Shown here piece by piece: positions 49,277-62,655 of a DNA stretch of 63,239 bases. The DNA comes from Octopus bimaculoides (lineage: Eukaryota), in assembly GCF_001194135.2 (NCBI RefSeq), contig NC_068991.1, positions 6,557,561 through 6,620,799 on the forward strand, in the 5' to 3' direction. The notes beneath the pieces are model-generated. The model searched no databases. It was not told the DNA's origin and saw only the letters and a list, made by a program, of their open reading frames with translations. The position numbers were made by a program, and so were the translations under genes. How positions within the stretch are numbered: position 1 is the first letter of the stretch; each line of letters opens with the position of its first letter.

Positions 49277-49745
49277 GTATTTACATTTCTCTTGTAGTAA
49301 TTGTCAGGTTCAGTCCCACTGCATGGCACTTTTGGGGCAGGTGTTTTCTACTACAGCCTTGATCCAACCAATGCTTTGTGAGTGGATTTGCTTGATGGAA
49401 ACTCTGTGGAAGCCCATTGTGTGTGTTTGGGGACCCCTGGTCATTACAATACTCTTCATATAATTAAGTACTGCATATCTGGAGTATGTTCTATGCCCCC
49501 TAATGAAGTGAAGGGTTGGTATATTTAGAAAAGTATACCTGTGGGTTGCACCTGGTCGTGTGAGCGACTACCTGTGTACCTTAGAGCTGGTCTTGAACTA
49601 CATAATCTAAGAATAATTTTTCATATGGACAATATCTTCAACATTGTATTTATGACAAACAGAAGTTTGTGGTAAATACTTAGTTTGGAAATCTCAATGT
49701 AAAAATAAATGTAAATGATTTGATTTCACTGGTTTCACTTTTCAG

Positions 49746-49820
49746 GTGAGATGTTTAGTTGACCATGGAGAATTCGAAACTCAAGATGGAAATATTGTAG
49801 TCTTAAAAAGAAATAATCAG
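49746..49820 (+). CDS. GINS1: GINS1 exon 6 (VRCLVDHGEFETQDGNIVVLKRNNQ)
   Basis: CAG/GTGTGT, 75 nt; conserved VRCL.D.GEFE..DG. Confidence 0.94.
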
Positions 49821-50352
49821 GTGTGTATTATGTATTTATTTCTTGATTTGTTTGACCTAATTAGGTTTAATAACACAACGAGGTTCATTTTGTTAACAAT
49901 CCTTAATTCTGTTTAACCCTTTAGCATTCAGATTACCCTCTCAAATGTAATAATCGTGGCTTATCTCATAGCTTTGAGGTTTCAGTGATGCTATTGTTCA
50001 TTTTTAGAATGACATTGTAGGAAGGTGTGAGAGGCCAGATCTGGTCAGTTTTAACATAAAACTAGTAGAATATTTAGGCCAGATATGGCCAGTTTGAATG
50101 CTAAATGGTTAAAATATATAAGGGTTGTAAATAAATGACTGTTTTATCTGGTCCAGTTCTTATTCAAACTATTTGTTGTCGTCCCTTTTTCTATGTTGGC
50201 ATAGGATGGATGGTTTGACAGGAGTTGGTGAACCAAGGGACTGCACCTAGCCCCTATTTGGCACAGCTGTGCCAAAACGTCTCATACCCCACCTTCCATA
50301 CCTCTGCTTTCTTTCACTTGAATTAATTTTCATTTTCCTTTCTTTCTTTCAG

Positions 50353-50421
50353 CATTTCCTTTTACGGTCTGAATGTGAAAATCTTATCCGACAAGGCATC
50401 TTGGAACATGTCACTAACTGA
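50353..50421 (+). CDS. GINS1: GINS1 exon 7, terminal (HFLLRSECENLIRQGILEHVTN*)
   Basis: tctttctttcag acceptor, 69 nt to TGA. The seven exons total 588 nt (195 aa plus stop). Confidence 0.94.
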   Translation, partial: HFLLRSECENLIRQGILEHVTN

Positions 50422-51199
50422 AAACGCTTTCTTCCATCTCGTACATCATTCTACTTCTTTTCAAACCTTCTGTGAAAACCTGAGACCTGAAAACTGAAGA
50501 TACACTTTAAATGTGATATATTAGTTCCAAATACATTACAATACATCAAAATCCTTTAATTCCCAAGACAAACATATATTGTATTGATGAAATAATTTCT
50601 GAATTAGACAGAAAGAAAGAGATTGCTATTATTTGAATACCATGTTTTTCTTAGGACGTGCAGGAAATGAGGACAATTTTTTCCTTAACTTTTTTTTTGT
50701 TCTAGTTTCATAATTTCCATGCACAAGGCTGTAAGTTGGTAGAATCATTAACATGTCTGTGGAAATGCTTTATTGCATTTCTTCTGGTTTTATTTTCTGA
50801 GTTCAAATTCCACCAAGTTCAGCTTTATCTTTCATCCTTTTCAGCACTGGGGGTTGATATTATCTACTTACCCTGGCCTTGTGCCAAAATTTGAAACTAT
50901 TATTTCAAAGCATGCATGGAACGGTTTTTGTAAATCTAATCCGCTGGATATTGTTGGAATGGTTATTTCTACAAAAGGAATACCTTGATTACTGCTAAGT
51001 CAAAGAAGAGACAGGAACTGAGCTTGTCGAGTTTGGTACTCAATCGTGTACATTCACAGGCTCAACTTGAAACGATGTATATTTGAAAAGTCTTGAATCT
51101 TAATCTCAAGATTGTTGTCCCTCATAAACATTTCAACTATTAAAAAAGAAAAGAAAATCCTGATTTTTCTGACTCAGTTTGTTTCTGAACATTGTTGTT

Positions 51200-51400
51200 A
51201 ATAAAAACATCATTCTCATGTATTGTACACCAGTCGCTCCTTTCCACTTCAGCACAACAAGTTCTCCAGCTGCCTTGCCACTCTTGTCCAAGCATCTCCT
51301 GATACTCTCCATCCACCATCCTCTTTGTCTGTCTCTTGGTTTACTGCCCTCTACTCTTCCTTCCATGATAATGTTTTCCAAATCTCTGCTTCTTCGAATA
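51200..51400 (-). mobile_element. Decayed RTE/BovB-like LINE C-terminal fragment
   Basis: ENIIMEGRVEGSKPRDRQRGWWMESI resembles the RTE EK.IM.G.VEG.R.RGRQR.RW.D.I motif. Confidence 0.7.
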
Positions 51401-51700
51401 AAAACGTGTTAAGAAGCTTGCTTCCTAACCACATGGTTCTGGGTTCAGTCCCATTGCATGGCGCCTTGGGCAAGTGTCTTCTACTATAGCCTAGGGCTGA
51501 TCAAAGCCTTGTGAGTAGATTTGGTTGATGTAAACAAACCGTCGTGTGTGTGTGTGTGTTTGGCCCCTCCACCATCATTTGACAGCCATTGTTGGTGTGT
51601 TTATTTCCCTGTAACCTAGAGACTGATAGAATAAGTACCAGGCTTTGATAAAGTACTGGGGTTGATTCATTTGGTCAAAACTTCAAAGTGGTGCCCAGAT
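51400..51700 (+). mobile_element. SINE family B copy
   Basis: Head, CORE-like motif and tail present but diverged. Confidence 0.75.
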
Positions 51701-52364
51701 GCAGTACATATTCATGAAAAAGGTTTGTAATGGATACAAGTTTATGGGAATCCCAACTTTGAATATAGGACCTGAGGTGATTTTATTTTGACAGTTTTTC
51801 AGAGGAAAAAAGTGCATCTTATATGCCATCAAATACGTTAACACTCGACAAGCGAGATACTGTAGTTTTTGTCTTAGATGAAGTCTTTCAATGTGTTAAA
51901 ATACACACTACATATTGGAGGGAGGTGAACAATTGTTTCGACAGTGGCTACTGAGAATGCCAGATGCATTACAGCCTTCTTGGGCCTTTGTCAATAACAT
52001 GTCCTTGCAGCTATATACTTAGATTAAATTTGTCATCTCAAATATAGGAAACGGGATAATACATTCACTGATATTGAGAATAGCTGCTGGGCTAAATATA
52101 TATATGATAAAGAGCCTTCCCAACTCATAAGACCACTTTCTGTGATGTATATACTCTTCACCTGGATGGGCTGCTAGTCTTTTATTTTTACCAGCTGAGT
52201 GGACTCAAGCAGTGTCAAATGAAGTGTTTTGCTCAAGAACACAATGCGTTGCCTAGCCCAGGAATTGAAATCATAATTTTACAATCATGAGTCCAACATT
52301 CCAACCACTAAGTCATGTGCCTCCACACAGAAATTCCCCCATCTATATATATATATATGTTCTG

Positions 52365-52680
52365 AATTCAAATTCCGCTGAGGTTGACTTTGCCTTTCAT
52401 CCTTTCGGGGGTCGTTTATATAAGTACCAGTTACACACTGAGGTCAATATAATCAACCTAATCCATTCGTTTGTCCCCTCTGTGTGTAGCCCGTTGTGAG
52501 CAGTAAAAAAATAAGAAACGTTAGCATTTCGTCTGTCTTTACTTTCTGAGTTCAAATTCTACCGAGGTCGACTTTGCCTTTTGGGGGTCAATAAATTAAG
52601 TACCAGTTGCTTACTGGGTCAATCTAATCAACTGGCCCCCTCCCCCAAAATTTCAGGCCTTGTGCCTAGAGTAGAAAAAA
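52365..52680 (+). mobile_element. Two partial SINE family A copies
   Basis: Two successive ttctga(a/g)ttcaaatt…gactttgcctt segments, the second ending ccttgtgcctagagtagaaa. Confidence 0.75.
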
Positions 52681-52799
52681 AAAATATGTCAACACCTATT
52701 TCTGATGAACCTTCATTGCTTTTGCAAGCTGCATGGTGACCCTGCAGGTGCTGGTTTGTGGTTCCTAGCTGGTTATCTTGGAGGAAGTTCTGAAGCCTC

Positions 52800-53190
52800 T
52801 ACCTCCTCCTCACTTACCACTTCTATGAGAGATCTTTCAGCTCCTATATTTTCCTTCTTTCGTCTCTGAGCCTGTTTATCTCTTATCCTGAGCTCTTTAA
52901 TCCATGTCAAGTGATGCATCCTTTACTGGGGAAAAGGACTTCACAATCAGTAATTTATCCCATTTCTTGGTAAGTATGAAGTTTATCTGACTTGTGTGTT
53001 TACCTGATAAATTAGCTGGTAGCTTTGACTTTTGTTGCAATTTTTCATTCTTTGTACCATTACTTTCGCCTCCATGTACACCTGTGTCACAGCACTAATG
53101 TTGTCCCATGTTTCTTTTACGTAGGCTTTGATAACAAGTCTCTTATCAAGGTAATCTAAAAGAGGGCCTTGTAGAGACAATCCACTTGAC
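52800..53190 (-). mobile_element. Decayed RTE-clade LINE APE-endonuclease fragment
   Basis: Frameshifted pieces GVHGGESNGTKNE, SGKHTSQINFILTKKWDK and HHLTWIKELRIR follow the order of the RTE endonuclease motifs (HGG.G.G.RN.EG / SG…QIDYIL / QHRLV..D.RI). Confidence 0.55.
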
Positions 53191-55779
53191 CTGGGGCTAA
53201 ACAATATACACGTTTAATTAGTAGGCAAGGGCAATAACTCCAGATAGCTTTTCGATCCACTATTTGACAATGATTTCCACATGCCACCAGCCTTTACCGA
53301 TAAGGCGACGCTGGCAACGATCTCGCTCAGATTTGCTTTGAACGTTCCACTGGCACGAGTGCCAACCAGGCGGTACTGTCATTGGCCACGTAAGTGATTT
53401 TGATTTGCATTTTAGATTAACAAAGAACTTTACATCAGTTTTGAAAAATAAAAGTATAAAAGAAACCCAGATTATAGGATGACCCTATAATTATATACAC
53501 TTTTTTTTTTTTGCTGTATTTGTTTCTTTTTGATCTTCTATAATAATGAAGATGTATCCCTCAACTCGCTACTTTTGTATACAGATACCAAGAAGAAATC
53601 TTGCAGGACAGACATTTTAACGAGATACATCTTATAATCACTTGAGGAAACACATCTACACTTAAACGAAATGTTCAGTATCTCACTTGTGACGGATTGA
53701 TGCTAGATGGGTCGAAACAGTTGTAATGATCTAGAAAAATTCTCATATCTTCCATCTCTCTCATTAATCATATATATATATATATATATGAAGACCCATC
53801 AAACTGAGCAAAATCACAATCGTGGTGGATACTGGTCTCATGCAAAAGCACCCATTACACTCTTGGAGTAGATGGCATTACGAAGGGCATCTAGCCATAG
53901 AAAACCATGCCAAATCAGACTGGAGCCTGGTGCAGCCTTCCAGCCCGGTCAAACCGTCCAACCCATGCCAGCATGGACAATGGACGGTAAATGACGATAT
54001 ACATACAATTGGAACAAGAGTTTTGCTAGTTGTTTTAGGTGGCTATGAATTTGCAAGCAAGTACCCCCTCACCCATGACCTGGCACAGCACCCAAGATGT
54101 GACAGCAGGAGGTGGGAGAGGATTTTTCCAACACTTGGCTGGTTCTCATCTTCAGCTGAGTAGAATGGAACAATATGGAGTGAAGCGTCTTCCTTCGGAA
54201 CACAATGTTCTGCCCAGTTCAGAAATCAAAACCTTTATGGATCATGTGTCCAACATACTACCAACCAAACCACACAACTTCACATTATACATTACATATA
54301 CAAAATTGTAAACATTATTTGCCAACATAATGTGGCAGTCCCGATTGTGACAAATATTACTGTTATTTAGCCACAGGAAACATCGTCTCCAGCTGGCTAT
54401 ACAACACGCAATCTGTGTCCTTATATTTTCATACAAGGGAGTCCAGCACCCCCACTCGGTACAAAGCAATATCTGGACTGTGGGTCTGGGTTATTTCCCT
54501 TTCTCGGCACAGAATAACTGCCCAACTGAGATGGCGCTGCTAAAGTCCTGTTTGAAAATATAATTTTCGAAGTGACACACAGTCACTGATCTAATAAATA
54601 GAAAAGTTTTTCTATTTACTTAGAAATTATAAACAAAGAAATATTAAGGGAACAAAACAACAAAAAGTATATCGATCTCACTTGGTTTCTTAGGGTTTTG
54701 ATTATATTTCAAATGTATTTGGTTAGTAACTTTCGAAGAAAGGCAAAAAGTTAAACAGGGAATCAAAACAGGGTTAAACAAGGAAATGGGAATTGGTAAA
54801 CGTAACAAGGTTTTTGTTAAGGAAACAAGAGAGACAAGAGCTGATCGTAAGTGTACATATCAACAGGTTTTTCAGCTAAAATATGAAAACCTCATTGCAA
54901 AAGATGTCGACTATTTTAACCCTTTAAGCTTTCAGATTACTCTGTTAAATGTGATGCTTACTTATTTCCTTTGTTTCAAATTAATTCTGCATTATCTCAT
55001 AGCTTTGAGATTTCAATGATATGTTTATTTTTAGAACGACATTGTAGGGAAGGTGAGAGAGACTGGATCTGGCCAGTTTGAACACAAACCACAAGAGTAT
55101 TTGGGACAGACCTGGTTAGTTTAAATGCTAAAGGTTGAAACCCACTCTTTGTTACTATTGAGATTTGAATGAAAAGATTCCTGCATTTACTGATACAGGA
55201 GGGAACAATTCTCAGTTTCAGATAAGTACATCATAATGATGCAGTCACTGGTCCCTTTGTTATTACAGCATCTCAAGAAAATACTGAGGTATTCTACAGT
55301 CCGCATGTACTCTAATTTCTACAGCATTTGCCTAATCAGAAGTTATACAGCTTTTACTTGTTTCAGCAATGCAAATTGACCCCAGGACTTATTTTCAAGT
55401 TTGGTACTTATTCTATCAATCTCTTTTGCCAAACTGCTAACATAAACAAACCAACACCAGATATGAAGTGGTAGTGACAGCAAACACAAACATCTAAGAA
55501 TAAAATGAGACCAAACTCTTTGAAAAATGGACAACACTACCAAATTGATAAAAGAAAAAACTTGGAGAAGATTTAGATAAAAATGTTAAATGATGCTGCT
55601 CTCATAGGTGACCGACAGAAACGGTTTCTTTGCTACCAAGCACCAGAGACTGTCCCTTGGTTCTACAATACAAAACTGGCCGTTTTTGAATTAAAACCTT
55701 TTACCATAACTTTATGGAAGGACATTTTTGCTAAAATTTTGTTCCAAATAGCAGATTAATAATAATAATGCTTTCTACT

Positions 55780-55985
55780 GGAAGCACAAGACCCCAAATT
55801 TGTGGGGAGGGGACTAGTCAATTACATTAATCCCAGTGTTTCACTGGTATTTAATTTATCGACCCCTGAAAGGATGAAAAGCAAAGTTGACCTCAGTGGA
55901 ATTTGAACTCAAAACGTAAAGATGGACAAAATACCGCTAAGTATTTCGCCCGGCATGCTAACGATTCCGCCAGCTGACCACCTTC
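55780..55985 (-). mobile_element. SINE family A, full length with cagattaataat TSD-like flanks
   Basis: Reverse-complement match; duplicated flank on both sides. Confidence 0.8.
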
Positions 55986-58516
55986 AGATTAATAATGACA
56001 AGATTATTTTATTAAATCCCTATAAATTCTTGGGTTACTTTCAAAATCTATAGAAACATAGCAGCAGTGTAATTTCATTAGAAACGGTCAAGAAAAAGTT
56101 AAGTTTAGGCAGAAAGTAAACATCGAAAACAGTTTAAAAGAAAACCAAACGAAAAGCAAAACAAGAAAGAAGTATCAACAAAATTAAAAAAAAAATATTC
56201 TTGACAAACTGTATTCAACTGATACTTAATCAAGAAATAAACGAGGAGGTAATAGGATCAATATCTGGTAGAGTGATGTATATTAGTTTATGTGGAACAA
56301 TTCCTTGAAGTCTGTTAATTTTGCTTAGTCATCATTAACCTTAAAACTATTTCTGTTTCTGAGGAAACTAAGAAGACTGAATTCCTGTCAGATTTCAGGG
56401 ATAATCTTTAATCGATTAGCAGCATTTGTCTTACTGGCATTCTAGCTCCACCCCATGATGTAAAGGTTGACTGCTGGATGGGTTTGAACTCGGTGACTAG
56501 TGTAAAGGGAAAATGGAACTTAAAATTTATTATTAATGGATTAAAAAAGAAAAATCAATGATAAATGTATACAGGGGCAAAAGTTGTGGCTTATTGAAAC
56601 AGACTAGCAAAGTGACTGGTACTTAGCAGGTGGTAAGCTAATATAGATAGGAACACTAACACAAAGTATAACATTTATAAGTCCTTTTATTTATCTTTTA
56701 AGCAAATACAAAAAAAATTTATTTTTTTCTTTTAATTGAGTAAAATTTTATTTGAAAGTAAAAAAAAATAAATAAAAAATTAATGTTTTAAAATGTTTTT
56801 TTTTTNNNNNNNNNNNNNNNNNNNNNNNNNNNNNNNNNNNNNNNNNNNNNNNNNNNNNNNNNNNNNNNNNNNNNNNNNNNNNNNNNNNNNNNNNNNNNNN
56901 NNNNNNNNNNNNNNNNNNNNNNNNNNNNNNNNNNNNNNNNNNNNNNNNNNNNNNNNNNNNGGGGTGGGTGGGAGGAGAGGCTGGGGGGAAGTGGGGGGGA
57001 GGTAGAGATCAGTGAAAGCAGTAGCAGCACTGAGAAGAAAGAACGCCAATAGCCACAGCTGCACAGACAACCATATTTCAGCGCTGCATCAGAAAGTACA
57101 CAGCTAGAACCACTAGAGAGAGATTTATGTTAAAGGCATTTTTTTGAAACTGGCTAGGTTTGAGGAACAAGATAAGTAAGTTTGGGATTTAAGAATAATT
57201 CACATCACAATTATGGACAATAATAATAATAACTTATACAAATTTGTGTCATTTAGTTTTTAGCTAAAGTGACCACATGTAAGCTGCAGCCCGACATATA
57301 TTTTCTTCATTGCTTAGAGTTAATGGAGAAATGGAAAGAGGTACAAGAAAATTCCCGTCCACATTATTATTATTAAAAAGCTGTTTTGTTATGAGAGCAA
57401 AGAATATAAATGCACTCCAGCTTTTGGTTTGTTTTGCTAACATTGTTATGGAATTACAAAGAGAATTTTGACAACACCACATCATTTTTTTATATTTTTT
57501 CATTTCCCTTAAGTTAAATTGAACAGTTGTTAAATTCTTAAATTGTTGTGGAAAATCTTTTAAAAATATGCTGACAAGTAATGAAACGGTTATTGATATC
57601 ATAAAAAAAAAAATTTTTTTTTTTAATATTTTTAAAAGCAAAACAGGAATTTTGTTTCCATTTTATTAAAATTTAACATATAATAAAAATAAAATATTTG
57701 CAATTTCGGGAAAAGGGAAGGGAAATTTTCTTTCTAACCTCTTTCTAAAAAGTGAAGAAAATATATTAAGAAGCTGCCTAATGTGAAATATGTGTCCAAC
57801 TTTTTTTTCCAGCTAAGTCCATTGTACTATAATAATTTTGGAATCCCTATAACAATTGTAGTCGTCAAAAGCAAACACAAAAAGGTAAATTGATACTATA
57901 TGTAAGATTAAACCAAATGTTATTTGGTTCTTTTTATTTTCTCTTGTCTGTTACAGGTTGCAAGCACTTGGCAGATGCACATGAATCAACCAGCAAAAGG
58001 AGTAAGCCAGCAATTTAGGCAAAAAGCATCAGAACAATATATTCTTGACATACACACATGCCACATATAAACATACAGACGTCAGTGTGTTTTTTTTTGG
58101 GGGGGGGAGATGACACACTGTGATGCAAATATACATTCAGCTTGTCTTGGATACAACTTTCTTACATTAGACTCATTCTTCATAGTTTAACATATAAGTC
58201 AGTTATACCTCCAAGTTATTAGGCAGAATTAATTAGTCTAAGTAAATGGGTGAAATTCTTTTAGGCGCATTATACATCTCAGGCTAATTTATTGGAATTT
58301 TTCTTTATTTCCTCATACAGACGCTCGCTCACTCACACACACACAATTTCTCTGTACAATCATTCAATTTATAGAAGAGGCTTTAATTTGAAAGGCAAAA
58401 TATCTGTAATGTTTCTTAATATGGTTACTTTAATATTTCAGAAGTTCATAGTTTTGTTGTTCAATCCACTGTAGTTGGTTGTTGGTTGAGTCCAGTTTTG
58501 CATAGATGGAATGCCA

Positions 58517-58565
<49 letters not shown>

Positions 58566-58975
58566 TATATATATATATATATATATATATANNNNNNNNN
58601 NNNNNNNNNNNNNNNNNNNNNNNNNNNNNNNNNNNNNNNNNNNNNNNNNNNNNNNNNNNNNNNNNNNNNNNNNNNNNNNNNNNNNNNNNNNNNNNNNNNN
58701 NNNNNNNNNNNNNNNNNNNNNNNNNNNNNNNNNNNNNNNNNNNNNNNNNNNNNNNNNNNNNNNNAAATGTTACATATGCACAGATATCTGCAGACACAAA
58801 AGAACATTTAAAGAGTGAGAAAGAATCAGAGAAAATTACCAACTTTACAGAAAACCAAAACGTATTTTACAAAGTGGCAGTGGGTTTTTTTTCCAGATTT
58901 TTTTCAGAAAATTCAGATTGAAACGAACCCCTCCCAAAGTTAAAATGTAACGGTTTGTATTTGTAACGCAAGCTC

Positions 58976-59038
<63 letters not shown>

Positions 59039-59400
59039 GAGACTAATAGTAGACAACATTTAATATCACTTTGAGGTTTACTCCCAAACTGATCTTGTTT
59101 AGAATCAGTTCTGGTGGCAGCAAATAAATTTGTTGTATTTAATTTTGTAACATACTTTAATGAAAATGTAGGCAGTTCTGTGTTAGAAGCACAGAAAAGC
59201 AAGTTTGAAGGAATAAGACAATTTCTAGGCAAGTTGACAGATGAGAGTTAGACTGGTAGCTTCATGGAATGCCTTTATTTTTAATGAAAGAAAGTCACAT
59301 TAACTACCTTGCAGCAAAAGCAGCAACAGCGTAGCCTCTTAAGATATTCCACCCAAAGCATGTGTGATAGGACTGCAATGAATTATCTTTTTGTGGATAT

Positions 59401-59559
59401 TTATTTCTTTTTCAATGTGAAAAAACTCCTTCGCTTGTGTTCATCTCGTTTTGGTTCACCTTCTGGTTTTGCAGGGAGTGTTTGTGATCTAGTGGGTCCG
59501 CTACTGCTGGCTTCTCCAGTTGCTGCACTTACTTTCGTGATCCAATTTTCCATTTCAGC
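59401..59559 (-). CDS. SPTBN1: Beta-spectrin terminal exon (AEMENWITKV…EPKRDEHKRRSFFTLKKK*)
   Basis: ttttgcttttaag acceptor, 159 nt to TAA. PH-domain final helix (EM..WI) and the KRRSFFTLKKK tail seen in invertebrate beta-spectrins; symbol given as nearest vertebrate homolog. Confidence 0.9.
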   Translation of the reverse strand, partial: AEMENWITKVSAATGEASSSGPTRSQTLPAKPEGEPKRDEHKRRSFFTLKKK

Positions 59560-59714
59560 CTTAAAAGCAAAAGTGAAAGTTTCAAATTAGAGAAATTAAA
59601 ATTAACAGACTTAGAAAAACTTGCAAAATATATATTTTTCATAACATGCCTCTTTAAAAAAAAAAAAAAAAAAAAAGTCGAGGTTATTTAAAAATAAGTG
59701 AAGAACAAACTTAC

Positions 59715-59861
59715 ATCATCTTTACATTGGAATAGGTATTCAGCACCACCGGCCAATTTTAGACGGAACACATGAGGACGTTTGGTGTAATCGTGAGCTC
59801 GATCACAGGTAGCTCCACTCAAATTGATGGCAGTTTCATGATGAAGGCGTGTATTAGGATC
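59715..59861 (-). CDS. SPTBN1: Beta-spectrin PH-domain exon (DPNTRLHHETAINLSGATCDRAHDYTKRPHVFRLKLAGGAEYLFQCKDD)
   Basis: TAG/GTAAGT, 147 nt; matches A.DY.K..HVF.L.L..G.EYLFQ.KDD. Confidence 0.94.
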
Positions 59862-60553
59862 CTACAATATTAGTAACAAGAATTGTAATGCGGATCAATG
59901 TTTCTATAAACAAGAGATTAAATCAAATTATATGACAATTGCAATAGTAATGGGAAATCATTAAATTTGCTGTTGAGGTGTAGAGTTCACGTTCAGAGTT
60001 TACATCCATTATCAGCCTCGACTGCAGCTGACCATCAAATGTGGTGAACTTGTTGGTCAGAGCTGGCTCAGCCCATCTTGGGTTACAAATATATTACGAT
60101 ACTTAATTAGGGAAAAGTTAAATCTGTCCACAGTTTTACACTAATCTCTCTGTAAGAGTGGATGACTCTCCAGAAGCCCTGGCCCTTTTTTGCTTCTCAA
60201 CTATTAAATGTCAAATTCATGGAATATTTCCACTACATCAGATCTAATTATCAAATCATTAGATTGAGTTCTTGTCAAATCCTTATTATCTTAGCAATCC
60301 CAAACCAATTTTTCATGGTTGGATATTACACAGCAGAGCTTTATTGAATTCCAAAGTGAACTTCCATTTTTTTCACTGAATGTACAAAAATACAACCCCA
60401 TCTGTTGCAGCAGTTTCAAACCACAACCAACCATTTCATGGGAATGAAATAAAAGCTATCTAATTAAGAAAAGAAAATATTTAGTCTGCATTAAGGTTCT
60501 CAACCTGACCTTACATAATGTAAAAAAAAAAGAAGCAAATAGTTTGTACTCAC

Positions 60554-60629
60554 AGTCTTTGCATGTTTGAAGTCTTTATAGCAGGAAAGTTCATTTGCTT
60601 GAAGTATAATGTAAGCTTTCTCCCAAGAT
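60554..60629 (-). CDS. SPTBN1: Beta-spectrin PH-domain exon (SWEKAYIILQANELSCYKDFKHAKT)
   Basis: TAG/GTGAGT, 76 nt, phase 2 to 0; SW..VY…YKD.K motif. Confidence 0.92.
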
Positions 60630-61113
60630 CTATGAATGTAAAACAGTTAATAGCAATAATTACATCACATTTACATTGTACGTACACCACTGGCATCACA
60701 TACATACAAAAATATGAAACTTCTGAGGAGAGGAAATTACTGATACTGGCCAAGAAAATATGTTTTATAAATCTTAAAAAGACAAAAATCTATGTTGCAA
60801 AATTTAGAGATCCCAAAACTGCTATTTTTTGATATTTATTGAAATCATTGAGAAGAATAGAATCAATGAGGGGGAGGGGGATCTATTTAGCAGATACAGA
60901 TCATTCAAGTGACTACACATAGTGATTATAAAATTCAATTACACATCTATATTCATTTATCACTGAACCAAGATACCATGGTTCATTAATTGTGAACCAG
61001 AATATCTATTTATTCCCTCTCCTCAAAACTGCTGGCTTTGTTCCAAAATAAATCATTACATGTAACATCTAACTCTTTAGCAATGGACAATTCAAAGAGA
61101 AGAAAATACTTAC

Positions 61114-61210
61114 CGGTTGGAAGCTTTTTTGGTTTGTGTTTCCCACTCATGTTTTCTGATTAATGCTCCTTCAAGATGTTCTGCTTCTGGAGCCCCAGCT
61201 AATTGATGTT
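61114..61210 (-). CDS. SPTBN1: Beta-spectrin exon at the PH-domain start (EHQLAGAPEAEHLEGALIRKHEWETQTKKASNR)
   Basis: TAG/GTAAGT, 97 nt, phase 1 to 2; EG.L.RKHEWE…KKAS.R motif. Confidence 0.93.
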
Positions 61211-62559
61211 CTATAAAAACCAATACATAACCATTATAACAACAGAATCTAAAATAACACCAGCTGTAATATCAACAACATATTTTCAATGAATCCAATC
61301 TCTATCTAATGAAAATGCACCTAAAAGATTTAGCCACGATCTTGACCAACTGCAGTTTTATGAAGAGATAATTCGATGAATGAATTTTGTTCAAATATTA
61401 GGCAACAATAAGTGCAGGTGACACAGAGCTTCTTGTAGGCAGGGATTGCTTAAATTTTCTCCAATAAAGTTTTTCACGGATGATGCAGATGACTGTATAT
61501 TTAGTGATTCAAAAGGATATATGTAAAGACTATTATGAAATGAATGAGAAAGGTTTGTTGAAGACAAACTACAAGTATCAATTTTTGATACAATTAAAAT
61601 AAAATAAACTGAGGTTTACCTATTATTTCCCATAAAGTATTGCATATCTTGAAATTAAACTATGAACATTATAACTAGTAATCCTTCGTTGTTCTGATAT
61701 CAATTTTGAGATTTCCTATCAGGTTTAACAGATTCAATAGAGATTTAACTCTAAAGCTAATGTAGCACTTAAATAACATTGTGTGCCTAAATATAAATAT
61801 TTAACATGTAAGACATTCTGCCGAAGCAGTGTTTTGCTGATTGATGTAATAAGAAATATAATGGCATGGAAATGAAAAAAAAAAACAAAAAAACAATGAT
61901 GGTTATTATAAAACATTAATACAATATGAACTGTTGTAAGTTAAGAACATTTTCTGTCTTGACTTTGAATATGAAAGCAAATAGATCATGGATGAAAAAA
62001 AAAACATTTCAAAAAATTTCCTTCAATACTGCAGAACTCCAAATGATTTGAATTCGTTTGTGTACATTCAATGGCTTCCAATGATTTGAAAACTGTAAGT
62101 GAATTTTTATTTTTGTACTTTGGTAGTTTTAGTAACAGAAAAAAAAAACAAAACAAAAAAAAAACTGACAGAATATGAAACAACCTCTTTGGTAGAGAAA
62201 GAAATGAAGATCTGAATATATTTGAACTTTTTTCAAAAGCAGTGAAAAAGATATGAAAATCAAAGATGTAGATGACAAATGTCAAAAAAAACTTTTTAAA
62301 AATTGGAAAAAAAAAAAAAAATTACCGAACAAAATGGATATAATGCAAATGTTTGAGAAAATTAAGAGAGATCAGCAAAATCCCAATCCAAGAAACAGAT
62401 TAAAGAAAATACCAAGTAGTAGGAGAAATATAAATGATTTATACACATGTGTATATGTATATATATATAGAGAGAGAGTGTAGAACACCAAAGACCACAT
62501 CAGTGTGAGAGCTGCCCTGTGCTTTATTGCGCTTTTAGATATACAAAGTTTATCTTTAC

Positions 62560-62655
62560 CTGAACGACTAGGTGATGACGGACCTTCATCTTCACGTTTA
62601 CGAGCAAAGAATCTTCCAAATGGTGATTTGGAACGTGATCGTTTCTTCTCCTTAT
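62560..62655 (-). CDS. SPTBN1: Beta-spectrin 96-nt exon (KEKKRSRSKSPFGRFFARKREDEGPSSPSRS)
   Basis: TAG acceptor, G|GTAAAG donor, phase 1 to 1, in frame with the next exon. Upstream exons lie outside the window. Confidence 0.75.

Noticed and set aside
52983-53204. 73-aa ORF with apparent splice sites as a host-gene exon
   Set aside because: Alternative frames spell frameshifted RTE endonuclease motifs; recorded as a LINE relic.
53280-53415. CpG-rich patch with small hairpins and ATTTGCAT, as a possible snRNA or ribozyme
   Set aside because: No recognisable snRNA motifs or nested pseudoknot; parts resemble dispersed repeats seen elsewhere in the window.
53690-53740. …gggtcGAAACagttgt hammerhead-like 3' half
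   Set aside because: No CUGANGA core at a suitable distance.
56961-57070. Signal-peptide-like ORF (LWLLAFFLLSAATA…)
   Set aside because: Non-ATG start, runs into a gap, and lies in the probable beta-spectrin 3' region with no other support.
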